From Candidatus Eiseniibacteriota bacterium (lineage in GTDB: Bacteria > Eisenbacteria > RBG-16-71-46), in NCBI GenBank assembly GCA_031366795.1, contig JANLOX010000098.1, forward strand, positions 1 through 17,155: a DNA stretch of 17,155 nucleotides, in the 5' to 3' direction. The number at the start of each line of letters is the position of its first letter. Positions within the stretch are counted from its first letter, which is position 1. Below the pieces are notes generated by a model that ran no database searches, had not been told where the DNA came from, and worked only from the letters and a program-made list of their open reading frames with translations. This document shows positions 16,845 through 17,155 of the stretch, one piece after another. A program made the position numbers and the translations under genes.

Positions 16845-17155
16845 GTGACGACGACCACCACTCGCCCTGGGCCTATTCATCCGCTGCTGCGGGGCGGCGA
16901 GGACTATCCGTTCGTGAAGCTCGACAAGCGGGTGAAGGCGCTGACGCCGCCGGGTGTCGAGCCCATCAACTTCAGCATCGGCGATCCGCGCGAGCGCACG
17001 CCCGAGTTCATTCGCGAGACGCTGCGCACCGCGGTCCCGGAAGTGTCGAGCTATCCCGCGATGGCAGGGCAGCCCGCGCTGCGTAGCGCGTGCGCGGGCT
17101 GGCTCAATCGACGTTTCGGTGTGAGCGTCGATCCCGAGACGGAGCTGATGCCACT
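16845..17155 (+). CDS. dapC: Class I/II PLP aminotransferase, probably N-succinyldiaminopimelate aminotransferase; 5' part only
   Basis: Manual translation from GTG 16845 (GGAG at 16834-16837): MTTTTTRPGPIHPLLRGGEDYPFVKLDKRVKALTPPGVEPINFSIGDPRERTPEFIRETL...SSYPAMAGQPALRSACAGWLNRRFGVSVDPETELMP; open to the window edge. Confidence 0.78.
   Translation, partial: MTTTTTRPGPIHPLLRGGEDYPFVKLDKRVKALTPPGVEPINFSIGDPRERTPEFIRETLRTAVPEVSSYPAMAGQPALRSACAGWLNRRFGVSVDPETELMP

Noticed and set aside
1..17155. CRISPR arrays, tRNA/rRNA genes, IS elements, integrases or defence genes
   Set aside because: No spaced repeats, no RNA-gene-like intergenic segments, no transposase, recombinase or nuclease-effector motifs, and composition looks uniform.

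Overview
High-GC (roughly two-thirds by eye) bacterial chromosomal segment, gene-dense and mostly on the + strand, with no mobile element, RNA gene or CRISPR array recognisable. Order: partial GT2 glycosyltransferase (-, absent from the ORF track) divergent from a CE4 polysaccharide deacetylase; exported DUF4139-type protein; ThrE-family exporter; uvrB coupled to an alkyltransferase-like (ATL, Trp-for-Cys) gene; a coupled run nadC-birA-tatC-coaX-M28/PA/PDZ peptidase-PD40 beta-propeller; a divergent GroEL paralog with no adjacent groES; YgfZ-family gene (-) divergent from dapE and a partial dapC-like aminotransferase (absent from the ORF track). Most notable: (1) the GroEL paralog keeps its ATPase and apical binding residues but, by manual alignment to E. 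coli GroEL, has lost allosteric and inter-ring residues; (2) the sigma28/FliA/WhiG-type -10 octamer GCCGATAA occurs three times, each intergenic and pointing at the GT2, deacetylase and GroEL genes; (3) a long stem-loop covers the GroEL ribosome-binding site; (4) uvrB-atl coupling with a dyad over the uvrB -10; (5) several apparently leaderless genes. All assignments come from motif recognition by eye; no database search was run.
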